Shown in pieces: positions 10,016 through 19,982 of a DNA stretch of 64,000 bases. Source of the DNA: a virus; IMG/VR virus record IMGVR_UViG_3300021226_000189. One strand, written 5' to 3'. A program made the translations under genes and the position numbers. Position 1 is the first letter of the stretch. Each line of letters starts with the position of its first letter. Under the pieces are notes generated by a model. The model saw only the letters and a program-made list of their open reading frames with translations. It did not search any database and was not told where the DNA came from.

Positions 10016-10690
10016 ATGAATTTATGGGATTTTATCACACAAAATGCGCAAGCCCTTACTCTAGTTTTTAGCGTTTTAGGTAGCGTTCTATTGTCTATAA
10101 AACGTGTTAGAACGTGGTTGACCGACAAATATAAAAAACATCAGGAATACAACAAATCAAAACACTTGATACCCAGCACTTTACAAGAAATTAAAGAGTG
10201 TGTAATGAATTTAGATGATAGAGTGAAGCGAGTCGAATATGAGATTTCCCCAAATGGTGGTGGTTCCATGAAAGATTCGCTGAATATAGTAAAAGCTGAA
10301 ATTGAAGCTTTGTTTTGGTTGAACCCTAAACCATCCTTTAGAACAACGTCTAAAGGTTTGAATATTCAAGTTAATGAATCTTATTGTCATTTATGTGGAA
10401 CTTCCTCAGAAGAACTACTTAAACAAAATTGGAAAAATTTCATTGAAGATGGAGAACAATTGGACGATTTTATGAGAAGATGGGAATACTCATCAGATAC
10501 AATGTCGCAATATTCTGGAAAATTAAAATTCAAAAATTCTAGAGATGAAAGTTTGGGTGAGTGGGTAATAAAAGTTAGACCATTAGGACCGATAAAAGGT
10601 GGACAGGACTACCTGTGGCATGGATCTATTTTACCATCCGATCAAAAAGCAAGAGATTGTGCTAAAAGCTACAATATTCCCTTAAATTAA
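10016..10690 (+). CDS. Membrane protein with N-terminal TM helix, coiled coil and PAS-like domain (holin-like candidate)
   Basis: Hydrophobic ALTLVFSVLGSVLLSI, PNGGGSMKD motif, PAS signature VNESYCHLCGTSSEELLKQNW. TAAATA at 10005-10010. Confidence 0.6.
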   Translation: MNLWDFITQNAQALTLVFSVLGSVLLSIKRVRTWLTDKYKKHQEYNKSKHLIPSTLQEIKECVMNLDDRVKRVEYEISPNGGGSMKDSLNIVKAEIEALFWLNPKPSFRTTSKGLNIQVNESYCHLCGTSSEELLKQNWKNFIEDGEQLDDFMRRWEYSSDTMSQYSGKLKFKNSRDESLGEWVIKVRPLGPIKGGQDYLWHGSILPSDQKARDCAKSYNIPLN

Positions 10691-11100
10691 GAATATTTTT
10701 TAACTAAATATTCAGCATATCTCTGGATTTCATCTTCATCCAAATAACAGTCAAACGGACCATCATCTTTTAATAATTTGATTAATTTTTTTCGAGTGAT
10801 TTCGTAAGGTTTGAGATAATCAATTCCAAAATCATAAGCTATTTGTTTATTACTTCGCAAACCTTTAGTGTCAAAATATCTACCTGATGGATGTTCAACT
10901 GCTACGTGTGTGTATTCGATTTTATCACCATCTAAGGGATACCCTTCTGGATTTGATAATATAAAAATTTTCCACCCTGTTAAATCGTGTAATTTAAGAG
11001 CTAGAGAAGCACAATTACCTTGTAAATAATCATCGTGGGTGTTATCATCATACACACTTTCATACAATAAAGCTAAATTTTTATAATCTAGATTTTTCAT
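10687..11100 (-). CDS. Hypothetical protein with Cys-His-Asp (transglutaminase/papain-like) motif order
   Basis: Likely start ATG at 11100 (MKNLDYKNLALLYE). Motifs GNCASLA, THVAV, FDTKG. Confidence 0.55.
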   Translation of the reverse strand: MKNLDYKNLALLYESVYDDNTHDDYLQGNCASLALKLHDLTGWKIFILSNPEGYPLDGDKIEYTHVAVEHPSGRYFDTKGLRSNKQIAYDFGIDYLKPYEITRKKLIKLLKDDGPFDCYLDEDEIQRYAEYLVKKYS

Positions 11101-11101
11101 A

Positions 11102-12946
11102 TTAAACTTCTGCTTCAGGAGTTTCTGGTGCTTCTGCTGGTGGAGCTTCTTCACCAGCACCTAAATCTGCTTCCTCACCACCACCGATTGTTGCGCCTGC
11201 ACCACCGAAGTCTGGAGGCATACCGCCACCACCGCCACCACCTAAGCCACCCATATCACCACCTAAGCCACCCATATCACCACCTAAGCCACCCATATCA
11301 CCTTCAGCTTGTTGTGCTGCGAGTTCTTTCCAGTTAGGTCCATTGGCTTTAATTTGTTCAATTTCGAACAAGAATTCTGCTTCATTTCTCAAGAAATGAC
11401 GATTTGCTAAAATATCTGAATCTTTCCATTCCAAATATTTTTTCATTGCGAAAGTAGTGGATACGAATTCATTGGAAACAATATTATTAAATGTTTCGAT
11501 TTTGAGATTGAGTTTTTGACTCTCTCTCATGTCGTAGAAATTCGTCGGAACATTGAATTCTATTCGAATATTATCTTCAAAAAGATCATATTCTTCAAAC
11601 ATTCCTTTGAATTTGAGATGCGTGATGAATGCTCGTTTGATACCTTGTGCAAATCTTTGTTGCTGACGAATGATCATTTTCGCGAACTTGAGTTCTTCGC
11701 GAAGCATTTCCGTTCCATCATTATAACCCGTCTCATCATTCAGACGAGAAGTGGGAGTTTTCAAAGAACGATAAAGTTTCTTAATAAACCAATCTAGAAC
11801 ATCGAGATTACCATCCGATGGTTGACCACCGAAAGTTTCCACGGTAGTTGCTTCTTGACCATGTCTTTTAGCGAACCAGAAAGAATCCAAAGTGGATTGG
11901 GGAGCATATTTTTTAACAATATCACCTTGGTCGATATCGAAAGTTTTTGTAGACCAATATTGACTTTGTAATTTTCTCAGATACGCTTCCGCTTGTGGAA
12001 CTGGTAATCTACCAACATCCACGTTGAAAAGAAATCGGAGAGGAGCGTGAACCATTCTGTGAATGACCACAGAATCTTCAATCATCGAAAGCTGTCTATA
12101 AGCTCTACGGCAATTCTCGATGAAAGGAATAATGAAATCTTTGGTTTCATTGTATTGTCCGCTGTTTACATAGAGAACTTGATTCTTTTCAAATGGGATA
12201 TATTCGTAGCGTTCGACTTTTTTGTTATCAACACTAGAAAAAATAGGCTTTTTGTAAATAAAAGCTTTGACCAACATTGTTTGAATATTGTCATAGACAG
12301 GATCAAATTGATCAGCAGGGAGATTTTTAATAGCAACAACACCTTGTCTGATGTAGTCTTCTTTCAGAATCAATTCGAAAAACAGTTCACCTTCGATAAG
12401 AAATTGTCGAAAATAATGCCATCCGTTGTCATCTAATTCCATCATGGAGACAAATTTGGAAAATTCTTTTTGTAAATCTTCTTTTTTTTCCGATTCCAAA
12501 TCTGTATTACGGAAAGATAGAGTCACAATTTCACCATTTTCATCAACATTGATCGTCTCATCACAAATTTCATCTAAAGCGTCTGCCACTTCAGAGAATG
12601 ATGCGATCATGCGATAGTCTCTGAGACGACCTGGTTTTTCCTCCGAAGCTTGAGAATACATCAAATCCGTGAAGGATTTGTCTTGATAGATAGCAGAAAA
12701 CGCTGTATTATTCCAGTCGTTATTAAGTGCTACAGAGTTCTTTGCAATCGCTTCTGGTCTACGAAGACCAATTTTTTGGAAATATTTATATTTGGTGTTC
12801 TTCGCTTCGTCAGGAGTTTGTTCAATAAAGTTCCCACGATTCTTCAAATAGGATTGCATATTCCTATCAAAAGTGGAGCCTTTACCATCGCTCCCTTGAT
12901 ATTGTTTGTTTGAAGATGGTGTTGTTGAACTGCCGATACCCGCCAT
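11102..12946 (-). CDS. gp20: Portal vertex protein (T4 gp20)
   Basis: Motifs EVADALDEICDE, RQFLIEGELFF, LSMIEDSVVIHRMVHAP, FNVDVGRLP, LREELKFAK. TAAATA at 12953-12958. Confidence 0.95.
   Translation of the reverse strand: MAGIGSSTTPSSNKQYQGSDGKGSTFDRNMQSYLKNRGNFIEQTPDEAKNTKYKYFQKIGLRRPEAIAKNSVALNNDWNNTAFSAIYQDKSFTDLMYSQASEEKPGRLRDYRMIASFSEVADALDEICDETINVDENGEIVTLSFRNTDLESEKKEDLQKEFSKFVSMMELDDNGWHYFRQFLIEGELFFELILKEDYIRQGVVAIKNLPADQFDPVYDNIQTMLVKAFIYKKPIFSSVDNKKVERYEYIPFEKNQVLYVNSGQYNETKDFIIPFIENCRRAYRQLSMIEDSVVIHRMVHAPLRFLFNVDVGRLPVPQAEAYLRKLQSQYWSTKTFDIDQGDIVKKYAPQSTLDSFWFAKRHGQEATTVETFGGQPSDGNLDVLDWFIKKLYRSLKTPTSRLNDETGYNDGTEMLREELKFAKMIIRQQQRFAQGIKRAFITHLKFKGMFEEYDLFEDNIRIEFNVPTNFYDMRESQKLNLKIETFNNIVSNEFVSTTFAMKKYLEWKDSDILANRHFLRNEAEFLFEIEQIKANGPNWKELAAQQAEGDMGGLGGDMGGLGGDMGGLGGGGGGGMPPDFGGAGATIGGGEEADLGAGEEAPPAEAPETPEAEV
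11238..11300. repeat. Three perfect 21-bp tandem repeats encoding DMGGLGG in the portal C-terminal tail
   Basis: ccacctaagccacccatatca at 11238, 11259 and 11280. Confidence 0.95.
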
Positions 12947-13022
12947 ACTTATTATTTAAGGAGATTTGTCAATTATTCAATTAAATATCGTTCGGATAAT
13001 ATTATTTATCTCAAAATGTTTT

Positions 13023-14963
13023 TTATGGTTTAGTGAATCCCGATAAATCAATTTCTGTTAATTGATAACCGCCACCAAGAGTTGTCATCATTTCATTCAA
13101 CTTAACTTTTTGATTTCCTATGGAAGTTCCAGAACCAGCACCACCGAAAGTCCAAACAGTGAGAATAACGGGTTCATTGTTGATAATAATGATTGCTGGA
13201 TTACCAGAATCTCCCGCTATTTTAGCTTCATAAAATTCCAATCTCTTGGAATCTATTGGAGCAGAAAATCCTGAATATGTATTTTCCGATGTCCAGTCTG
13301 TGACTAGAGCTTTTTCCTCTTGGTCTAAAGTCAATGCTGGTATTCTAGGGGAGAATGATGTGATGTATTCAGCCCAATTATTTGGTAAAACTTTCGCAAA
13401 TGATATTTCAGAAGGAACATCCGAATCCAATAATCCAACAGTCAAATCTGGATAATATGGTGTGTAATCAGGATGAGTAATTTTACTAATCATCGTTCTG
13501 GTGATTACATTATTATTAACATCGACAAATCTTATTTGAGCATTGGTAGGAATTTGATAATGAGCAGCAAAAATAATGTGTCTAGGACTAATAAGAGTCC
13601 CAGCATAATTATTAACACCAGAGCTATTCCATGGGCTTATACATGTCAGAACTTTCGGCAAATCAGCACACCAAGCACTAAGATTTCTAGTGTAAATACC
13701 TGATGTGTGATTTCTGACTGTATATAAACTCAAAGCAGATGTTGGACTTTTATTTACAAGTCTGGTATCGACACCTGAAATAACTTGTTCATTCAAATAT
13801 ATTGGAGTTGGTAGAGGTGGTGGTGTCGTGCTTACTGGTGGTGTCGTGCTTACAATTGGTGTGAAATTTTGATTATCAATTACTGACAAATTGATACTTT
13901 CAGTCCAAGCAACTTTGTTTGCCGTTATGAACTTAAATTCACCGCTCAAATTTTCAAAATAATTGAATGGGAAAGTTATAGTTGCAATATTATCGCTAAA
14001 GATTGTCACTAAATCATTCGGTATTCTATAAGCAAAAATCGCAGGAGATTTAGAAGTTTCGACTTTTTCTAAAATAAGTTTTGAAATATTACCACCACTG
14101 AGATACCAAGAATTGTCGTAATTGAATCTTTTTCCGTAAAAAGTGAATGTTTTTTCATTTAGATTTTCAAGACTAATAGCTGTATGTGGATTACCGTTAA
14201 CGAAATAATTAGTGAATTCTGGATAAGCACTAATTGAAACGGTTTCACTTTGAACACCATCTAATTTTATTTTATCATAATCATTTACATCACAGAAACG
14301 ATTCGATACGGGAAGAGCATGGAAATTTGATTCTATGACATAAATTGGTTTTTGTGTCTGTTCGTGATCCTTGAACAACCATCCTTTGACAGTGAATGAA
14401 GTAGATGCAGAAATTCTCCATTTCACATCTGGCGATAAGTCTTTAGGATTGTCGTAAGAAATATCACCCGACCATTGTATTTCGCTTCTGATTTCGTCGA
14501 TAAAAGGCATATCAAATTTCTCTGGAATTTTCCAAGAAACGATGATATATGGGTTACAATTAACTACAAAATTCTGAATAATTTGATCCAGATCCTCCTT
14601 AAAATAACAGATGATATTTACATCCAGAGTAAGATTGACAGGAATTGGTGTTGGGATTTTGGATAATCTATTCGTAGCATCTAATTGCTTTCTATATAAA
14701 AATTGATCTTTGTTTTGAATTCTCGATGAATCACGGGATAAGCCAGTTTGCTCGATAGTGACAACGGGCAAAGTCAAAGACTTCGCCTTATCACTCAAGT
14801 CGAATAGAACACGATGTTTTGGTCCATTCACATAACGAACTTCAATTTTTTCCTTTGCTTGTCTTGTTTTTGTATCATAACGATACACGAAAGCATCATC
14901 AAATGCTGCTACAAACAGATTGAGGAGGTTGGAATTTTCGAAAAAGTAACTATAATCCTTCAC
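13023..14963 (-). CDS. gp15: Tail completion / sheath stabilizer (T4 gp15-like) fused to a C-terminal trypsin-like serine protease
   Basis: N-terminus: LFVAAFDD, EVRYVNGPK, LTLPVV, DQIIQNF, FTVKGWLF. Pro/Thr linker. C-terminus: GTLISPRHIIFAAHY, PDLTVGLL, AGDSGNP. Confidence 0.8.
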   Translation of the reverse strand: MKDYSYFFENSNLLNLFVAAFDDAFVYRYDTKTRQAKEKIEVRYVNGPKHRVLFDLSDKAKSLTLPVVTIEQTGLSRDSSRIQNKDQFLYRKQLDATNRLSKIPTPIPVNLTLDVNIICYFKEDLDQIIQNFVVNCNPYIIVSWKIPEKFDMPFIDEIRSEIQWSGDISYDNPKDLSPDVKWRISASTSFTVKGWLFKDHEQTQKPIYVIESNFHALPVSNRFCDVNDYDKIKLDGVQSETVSISAYPEFTNYFVNGNPHTAISLENLNEKTFTFYGKRFNYDNSWYLSGGNISKLILEKVETSKSPAIFAYRIPNDLVTIFSDNIATITFPFNYFENLSGEFKFITANKVAWTESINLSVIDNQNFTPIVSTTPPVSTTPPPLPTPIYLNEQVISGVDTRLVNKSPTSALSLYTVRNHTSGIYTRNLSAWCADLPKVLTCISPWNSSGVNNYAGTLISPRHIIFAAHYQIPTNAQIRFVDVNNNVITRTMISKITHPDYTPYYPDLTVGLLDSDVPSEISFAKVLPNNWAEYITSFSPRIPALTLDQEEKALVTDWTSENTYSGFSAPIDSKRLEFYEAKIAGDSGNPAIIIINNEPVILTVWTFGGAGSGTSIGNQKVKLNEMMTTLGGGYQLTEIDLSGFTKP

Positions 14964-14976
14964 TCATATTACTTAA

Positions 14977-16119
14977 TCAAAAATTTCCAAATCCAATTGC
15001 TCTTTCTTGCTTCTTCAGAGGTGAATCGAATTCTTCAACGTTGAAGATGTCACACAATGCCGTTTCTTCTTCAAAAGTATGATTGATACCGCAATGTTTT
15101 GCCAATCTATTGGCGAATTTTGCGGAGAGTTTGCCAAAATTATGTGATAAATGTAATCTACCCTTACGCAATAGAGCAGTATCAATTGATTTGATATCAG
15201 CATTCATAGTGGCAATGACTTTAATTTTCAACGCATCTTTCAAAAATCCGTCAGTCAAATTCAATAAATTCGTTGTAGCAGAGCTTCTCTCATTACACAA
15301 AATCTGTTCAGCATCTTCGACAATCAAAGTGCATCCTTGATTTTGTAACATGAAGGATACAAAACTCGGCTCTGCGATAATATTAACCATAGATGGTGGA
15401 ACATAAATAACATCATTTTCAAATTTTGTTATCATGTTTTTGATAAAGTTGGTCTTCCCACACCCAGGGGGTCCGTAAAATACCATCAGATTATTCGATT
15501 TCTCATCGGAAAATTTAATAATTTTTTCATATGGGAAATCATCACCATAATACAAAGAATACTCACCATCTTTAATTTCAATATTATTGAATGTGGTTTT
15601 TTGTTTATACAATCCTTGAGCATTCTGAGCAATCATGTAGAAATTCTTTTCCGAATCAGGGATAAATAAAACATTCATTTCCACCAACTCGTCTATGAAT
15701 TTGTGAATATTATCACGATTTTCAATCAAAGGGCAGAATGATATGGATATTACACCGCTTTCCAAACCAACGAAGCCATCTTCCTCATCATTCTCTTTAT
15801 CAACTTTATTCTCTGGTAGTCCAAAATTACAGCGAACCATCAAATATAAAGAATCATTGAAATAATAACCAGATTTAAAATCGTTGATTTTATATTGCTG
15901 TGTCACATCAAAATTCCATTTTCTGAAAAAATCTTGAATATCATTCAGTCTTCTAGCATCTATCAGGTAATCATCTAGGACAATAGTATTGAGGGAGATG
16001 TTCCCAAATTTCTGTTCAAATTCTTGGGGATAATCGGAAAAATTTTTAAACGATCCTACGGAATTTACCCAATAAGTTTTTTCTAGTGCTTTTTTAATTG
16101 TCTCTTTTAATTTGCTCAT
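14977..16119 (-). CDS. AAA+ ATPase
   Basis: Walker A GPPGCGKT, Walker B LIVEDAE, sensor TMN, second region of homology IDTALLRKGR. Confidence 0.9.
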   Translation of the reverse strand: MSKLKETIKKALEKTYWVNSVGSFKNFSDYPQEFEQKFGNISLNTIVLDDYLIDARRLNDIQDFFRKWNFDVTQQYKINDFKSGYYFNDSLYLMVRCNFGLPENKVDKENDEEDGFVGLESGVISISFCPLIENRDNIHKFIDELVEMNVLFIPDSEKNFYMIAQNAQGLYKQKTTFNNIEIKDGEYSLYYGDDFPYEKIIKFSDEKSNNLMVFYGPPGCGKTNFIKNMITKFENDVIYVPPSMVNIIAEPSFVSFMLQNQGCTLIVEDAEQILCNERSSATTNLLNLTDGFLKDALKIKVIATMNADIKSIDTALLRKGRLHLSHNFGKLSAKFANRLAKHCGINHTFEEETALCDIFNVEEFDSPLKKQERAIGFGNF

Positions 16120-16120
16120 A

Positions 16121-17746
16121 TTAATTAAATCTGTCTAGGAAGAACTTCGGAAGCTTCTTCTTGTTTCTATTAATAGCATCAAAAATGCTCCCGTCAAGTA
16201 TGTAAGTTTCACACCAGTCATCATGGGCGCGAACACTGCGACCGCAAGCCTGAAGCAGAGTCTTCAACATCGCATTCCCATACCATTCTTTATCAATTTT
16301 CATCAGCTTCTCCACCCGAACATCTTTTGTTGGTAGCCAAGGTGCTTTAAGAATAATCTGGAAACGAGATAAATCACCTTTCAAATCCACACCATAAGTC
16401 ATGGAAGGGGACACTAGAATCGTGGGTTCTTTGGATGCTTCATGAATTTCAAGAAGCTGCTCATTGTTCACTCCCGCTTCTCTACAGAGCAATCGAGGAG
16501 AATTAATATTTTCCCGAATGTAATCTGCGAGATATTGAGTGTGGGTATGGATAATACCTTTTTCATCAGCATGGTGTTCCATGATTCCTTTAATTTGTTT
16601 AATCAAAGTTGGAAGCATTGATTTCAAATTTTGAAAATTTAATTTCTGTTTCGCCATGATATGAATCGGAGATTTTTCAGGATCAAAATCCGTTCCAATG
16701 TGAATATATTCATAGTCCTTAATACCGAGAGAATCACAATAAGCATTCGGATCAATAATCGTAGCAGAGAGGATGACTACTTTTTCAGCATATTGAAAAA
16801 GATATTTCGAAAGAACATCGACTTTCAATGGGATGAATCGGATACCATTCTCCAATCTCTCCACAATATAATCACTATCATAGAAAGTATCAATCAACAA
16901 TTCCAAAGAATTTTGAAGATTTGTAAGCTTAGTATATTCCTGTTTCTTTTTATTGAAAGTGATGATGTCTTTTTTATTACTATTATCAGCGAACCAATTT
17001 TTATATTCTTCAACTGAATTCTTCACACTTTCTGCTACTTTACTCACCCATGCCAACACTTTAGTCTTATTCTTATCATCGTTTGGAAATGGCGTGACCA
17101 GCGTTTGAGTCTTCATAAGAAATGGAATGTCCACTTCACATGTGAATTGACCGACCAATTGCTCTTCTAATTCCGAGCCTTCGTCGCAAACAATAATTTG
17201 TCTTTTCTTGAGATGATTGGGTAGAGAGAAGAACATACTGTAATTCAAAGCAGAAAATTTTGAAGTGAGCATGTTATTACGAGAGTTGTAATAAGGACAA
17301 CGATTTGCTTTCCAACATTCATTTTTCTGGTTTGCGACATAGATGCAAGGTGCGACATCGACTGACAGTGTATCATCAACATCACATTGGTAATTACTCT
17401 TACCCTTCAAGACTCCCGTTTCATTGAAAGTATTTTGATATTGATCTTGAAGAGACTTGGTAATCGTTAAAGAGTAACAACCAAACGGTTCGAAATCGGC
17501 AACCAATTCCGCACCGTTTTCAGCAAAAACGCTGTAATTTTTAACGATTCGTTCAAATTCTACAGGCACATCTCTAGATACATTACCAAGAGTTTTAGCC
17601 AAGTGTGTCTTACCGACACCAGTATCAGCATGAACAATTACAAATTTTTTACCATTCTCAAATGCTTTTTCAATAGCATTAAGAGCTTTAGCTTGTTTAT
17701 CACGAGGGTTGAATCCCTCTGGAAAGTTTAGTATTAGATTACGCAT
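16121..17746 (-). CDS. DinG/YoaA-family superfamily 2 helicase
   Basis: Q motif PRDKQ, ADTGVGKT, Cys cluster (C..PC..EC...CPYY), DEGSE, QACGRSVR..DD. Confidence 0.85.
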   Translation of the reverse strand: MRNLILNFPEGFNPRDKQAKALNAIEKAFENGKKFVIVHADTGVGKTHLAKTLGNVSRDVPVEFERIVKNYSVFAENGAELVADFEPFGCYSLTITKSLQDQYQNTFNETGVLKGKSNYQCDVDDTLSVDVAPCIYVANQKNECWKANRCPYYNSRNNMLTSKFSALNYSMFFSLPNHLKKRQIIVCDEGSELEEQLVGQFTCEVDIPFLMKTQTLVTPFPNDDKNKTKVLAWVSKVAESVKNSVEEYKNWFADNSNKKDIITFNKKKQEYTKLTNLQNSLELLIDTFYDSDYIVERLENGIRFIPLKVDVLSKYLFQYAEKVVILSATIIDPNAYCDSLGIKDYEYIHIGTDFDPEKSPIHIMAKQKLNFQNLKSMLPTLIKQIKGIMEHHADEKGIIHTHTQYLADYIRENINSPRLLCREAGVNNEQLLEIHEASKEPTILVSPSMTYGVDLKGDLSRFQIILKAPWLPTKDVRVEKLMKIDKEWYGNAMLKTLLQACGRSVRAHDDWCETYILDGSIFDAINRNKKKLPKFFLDRFN

Positions 17747-17792
17747 TTTTTAAGATTCCAAATTCAATATCAAAAAAATATTTGATATGGAA

Positions 17793-17820
17793 ATCTTACC
17801 ACGTAATTTTAGGATGTCAA
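17793..17820 (-). promoter_or_regulatory. sigma70-like early promoter TTGACA-N16-TAAGAT with extended TGn
   Basis: -35 at 17820-17815 and -10 at 17798-17793, upstream of the DinG helicase. Confidence 0.7.
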
Positions 17821-18138
17821 TACATAAAGGTAATTATCAAAAAATTTGGATGAATCTGACTTATTAATCGCTTTCATTTTCCAATATACTTCCTCGGTTC
17901 TTGGACAGAACGCACTCAAAGAATAATCGAAAATATATCCATTTTGAGTTTTTTTAATATCATATGGGTATGATATCTCCCATTCTTTTATTTGAGATTC
18001 TTCATCAATTTTGAATCGAATAAAATTTTGTTTGGTATTAAACATCTGGATTTTTCCAGATTTTATATTTTTATTATTCAAAACAAATTTCACATCGGTG
18101 AATATGATTCTTTTTAAAAATTTTTCTATTTTATCCAT
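17809..18138 (-). CDS. Hypothetical protein
   Basis: 109-aa ORF in the co-oriented run. Confidence 0.6.
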   Translation of the reverse strand: MDKIEKFLKRIIFTDVKFVLNNKNIKSGKIQMFNTKQNFIRFKIDEESQIKEWEISYPYDIKKTQNGYIFDYSLSAFCPRTEEVYWKMKAINKSDSSKFFDNYLYVLTS

Positions 18139-18542
18139 GTTTCCAATGTTAAATCTAAATCCATATAGCGCATTTTTTCTTGGGGGCTAAGAGTCATAAT
18201 ATTTTCGTTGAAATATTCCCAAAAATTATCATCTGCTGGTATTTTCTGCATCAGATAACATTCATCCATATTCACGTTTCTATAATCCTGCATCATGATA
18301 TCCCAAGTAACAACAAGATTATGTTTGCGCTCATCAACTTTTTTCGGGACAAAAGACCCGCTATAATTGAGAACCCTTAGACCATTCTCTGAGCGTAAAA
18401 TATCCATGCTATTAGTGCATAACATTTGTCTCAGAAGAGGTCTTCCAAATGCGCGTTCAGGTCTTCTACGAACTATTAGAATGTCACATACGTGACGATT
18501 CAACATTCGTTGCAACCCCAATTTAGTTATCTTTTGAAGCAT
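18126..18542 (-). CDS. Hypothetical protein, Sm/SH3-like (WYL_2-like) fold candidate
   Basis: RQMLCTNS ... VVTWDIMMQDYRNVN pattern. Confidence 0.5.
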   Translation of the reverse strand: MLQKITKLGLQRMLNRHVCDILIVRRRPERAFGRPLLRQMLCTNSMDILRSENGLRVLNYSGSFVPKKVDERKHNLVVTWDIMMQDYRNVNMDECYLMQKIPADDNFWEYFNENIMTLSPQEKMRYMDLDLTLETWIK

Positions 18543-18942
18543 TTACTTCACAAACGCCAAACATGCGCTGCTCATTCAAGAACAATCCGTTCTTCACTTT
18601 TCCATGCCCAGTAACTTCCAAGTTGGTAATCGGAATCCCCATATTATTCGGGAATACCACGATATCACCAACTTCAGTATATCGAACATTCGGTCCTTTC
18701 AAGATAACTTTACCTTTTCGCCATGCGTTATGGACTTGGGCTACTGGGATAGCAATCCCACCACGTAAAATATAGTCACCAGTTTCTTCACCTGAAACAA
18801 GATCACAATATTCGAGAAGCATCACATCGTCGAACAATTTAGACAACTTATAATCATCCAAGCCGAAGTCACTAGGGAGCGAGCTATCAGCCAAGTCGAT
18901 ATGTGATTTTTGAGGAGCTAATACATCAATAGATACAGACAT
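18523..18942 (-). CDS. GroES/Cpn10-like co-chaperonin
   Basis: GGIAIP mobile loop, KGKVILKGPNV...EVGDIVVFP. TAAATA at 18948-18953. Confidence 0.8.
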   Translation of the reverse strand: MSVSIDVLAPQKSHIDLADSSLPSDFGLDDYKLSKLFDDVMLLEYCDLVSGEETGDYILRGGIAIPVAQVHNAWRKGKVILKGPNVRYTEVGDIVVFPNNMGIPITNLEVTGHGKVKNGLFLNEQRMFGVCEVNASKDN

Positions 18943-18963
18943 GTAAATATTTACTATGATATT

Positions 18964-19725
18964 TTAATTGTCAATAATCAATTCAGCATCTCCCACATGT
19001 TTAATATTGAAAGGTCTTTCTATCTCTTTATAATACTTGACCATTTCTATCATCATTCTATATTTTTTAAAATCTGGTTCTATCCAATATTCTTTTTTAA
19101 GAAGATCCAATTTGACTAATTGATTGTAAGCTACTTTTTCAATGTGTTCCATTTTTTGCCCAGATGATAGGTGATAATTAACACCACTGAAATTGTAAAT
19201 AAAATCTATTTCATTATTATCTTCTAATAATAAATTATTGGTGGATGATATTTTATTATGGAGAACACTATCATCACTACCATCTGAAAGACTTGGATAT
19301 CCTCCAACATTAGTCCACGTTTCTTTCAAAAAAGAAATACAGTTAGGTGGTGAATTATCGATTACAAATTTATTATTATATGTGACGTAAGCTATTCTAT
19401 TTCTATAAGCTTGAACACCGTTACCAATTTTAAAAATATTATTAGATATCCTATTTGGTAAAAAAAGATCGTCATCATCGAAAGGAAAAATTACATCAGA
19501 GTCGTTTTTAGCGACAATTCCAATATTTCTTTTTTCACCCACTGTTATTCTTTTACAAACATTTATGGTGGTGACATTATTATGCTTACATCTTAAAGTA
19601 ATATTAGGATCATCGTTTATAATCACCAGATGTTTATCTGCATGATTTTGGATCAAAAATGATGCCAACATTCGACCCAAATATGGTATTCTACCGTAAG
19701 TAGGGCAAACGACTAAAGCTTTCAT
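18964..19725 (-). CDS. Glycosyltransferase family 2
   Basis: VVCPTYGR, LVIINDD, FDDDDLFLPNRI. Confidence 0.85.
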   Translation of the reverse strand: MKALVVCPTYGRIPYLGRMLASFLIQNHADKHLVIINDDPNITLRCKHNNVTTINVCKRITVGEKRNIGIVAKNDSDVIFPFDDDDLFLPNRISNNIFKIGNGVQAYRNRIAYVTYNNKFVIDNSPPNCISFLKETWTNVGGYPSLSDGSDDSVLHNKISSTNNLLLEDNNEIDFIYNFSGVNYHLSSGQKMEHIEKVAYNQLVKLDLLKKEYWIEPDFKKYRMMIEMVKYYKEIERPFNIKHVGDAELIIDN

Positions 19726-19982
19726 ACTTTTTTCTTTTTGGAAAGATAATCTATTTTTTTACGTTTCAATTTTGGTATAACATTCTCAAAAAATCTGAAT
19801 CTTTCTTCATCTGTCTCGAATATTTGAGAATATTTGTTCAATGTTTCATTGGTATACTTCAGCAGATTTTTATCGTAAAAACTTAAATATCTGCTAACCA
19901 TAAAAGGTGAAAATTCTTCCAATAATTCATTGGTCATTTCACTTTTTTTATCGAAAAGTAGGTGATTGATAGCGTTATACAT
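19722..19982 (-). CDS. gp62: Clamp loader small subunit (T4 gp62-like)
   Basis: FSPFMVSRYLSFYD ... FFENVIPK pattern, 86 aa. Confidence 0.6.
   Translation of the reverse strand: MYNAINHLLFDKKSEMTNELLEEFSPFMVSRYLSFYDKNLLKYTNETLNKYSQIFETDEERFRFFENVIPKLKRKKIDYLSKKKKV

Noticed and set aside
11238-11300. CRISPR-like or regulatory tandem repeat
   Set aside because: The 21-bp units have no spacers and simply encode the Gly-rich portal tail.
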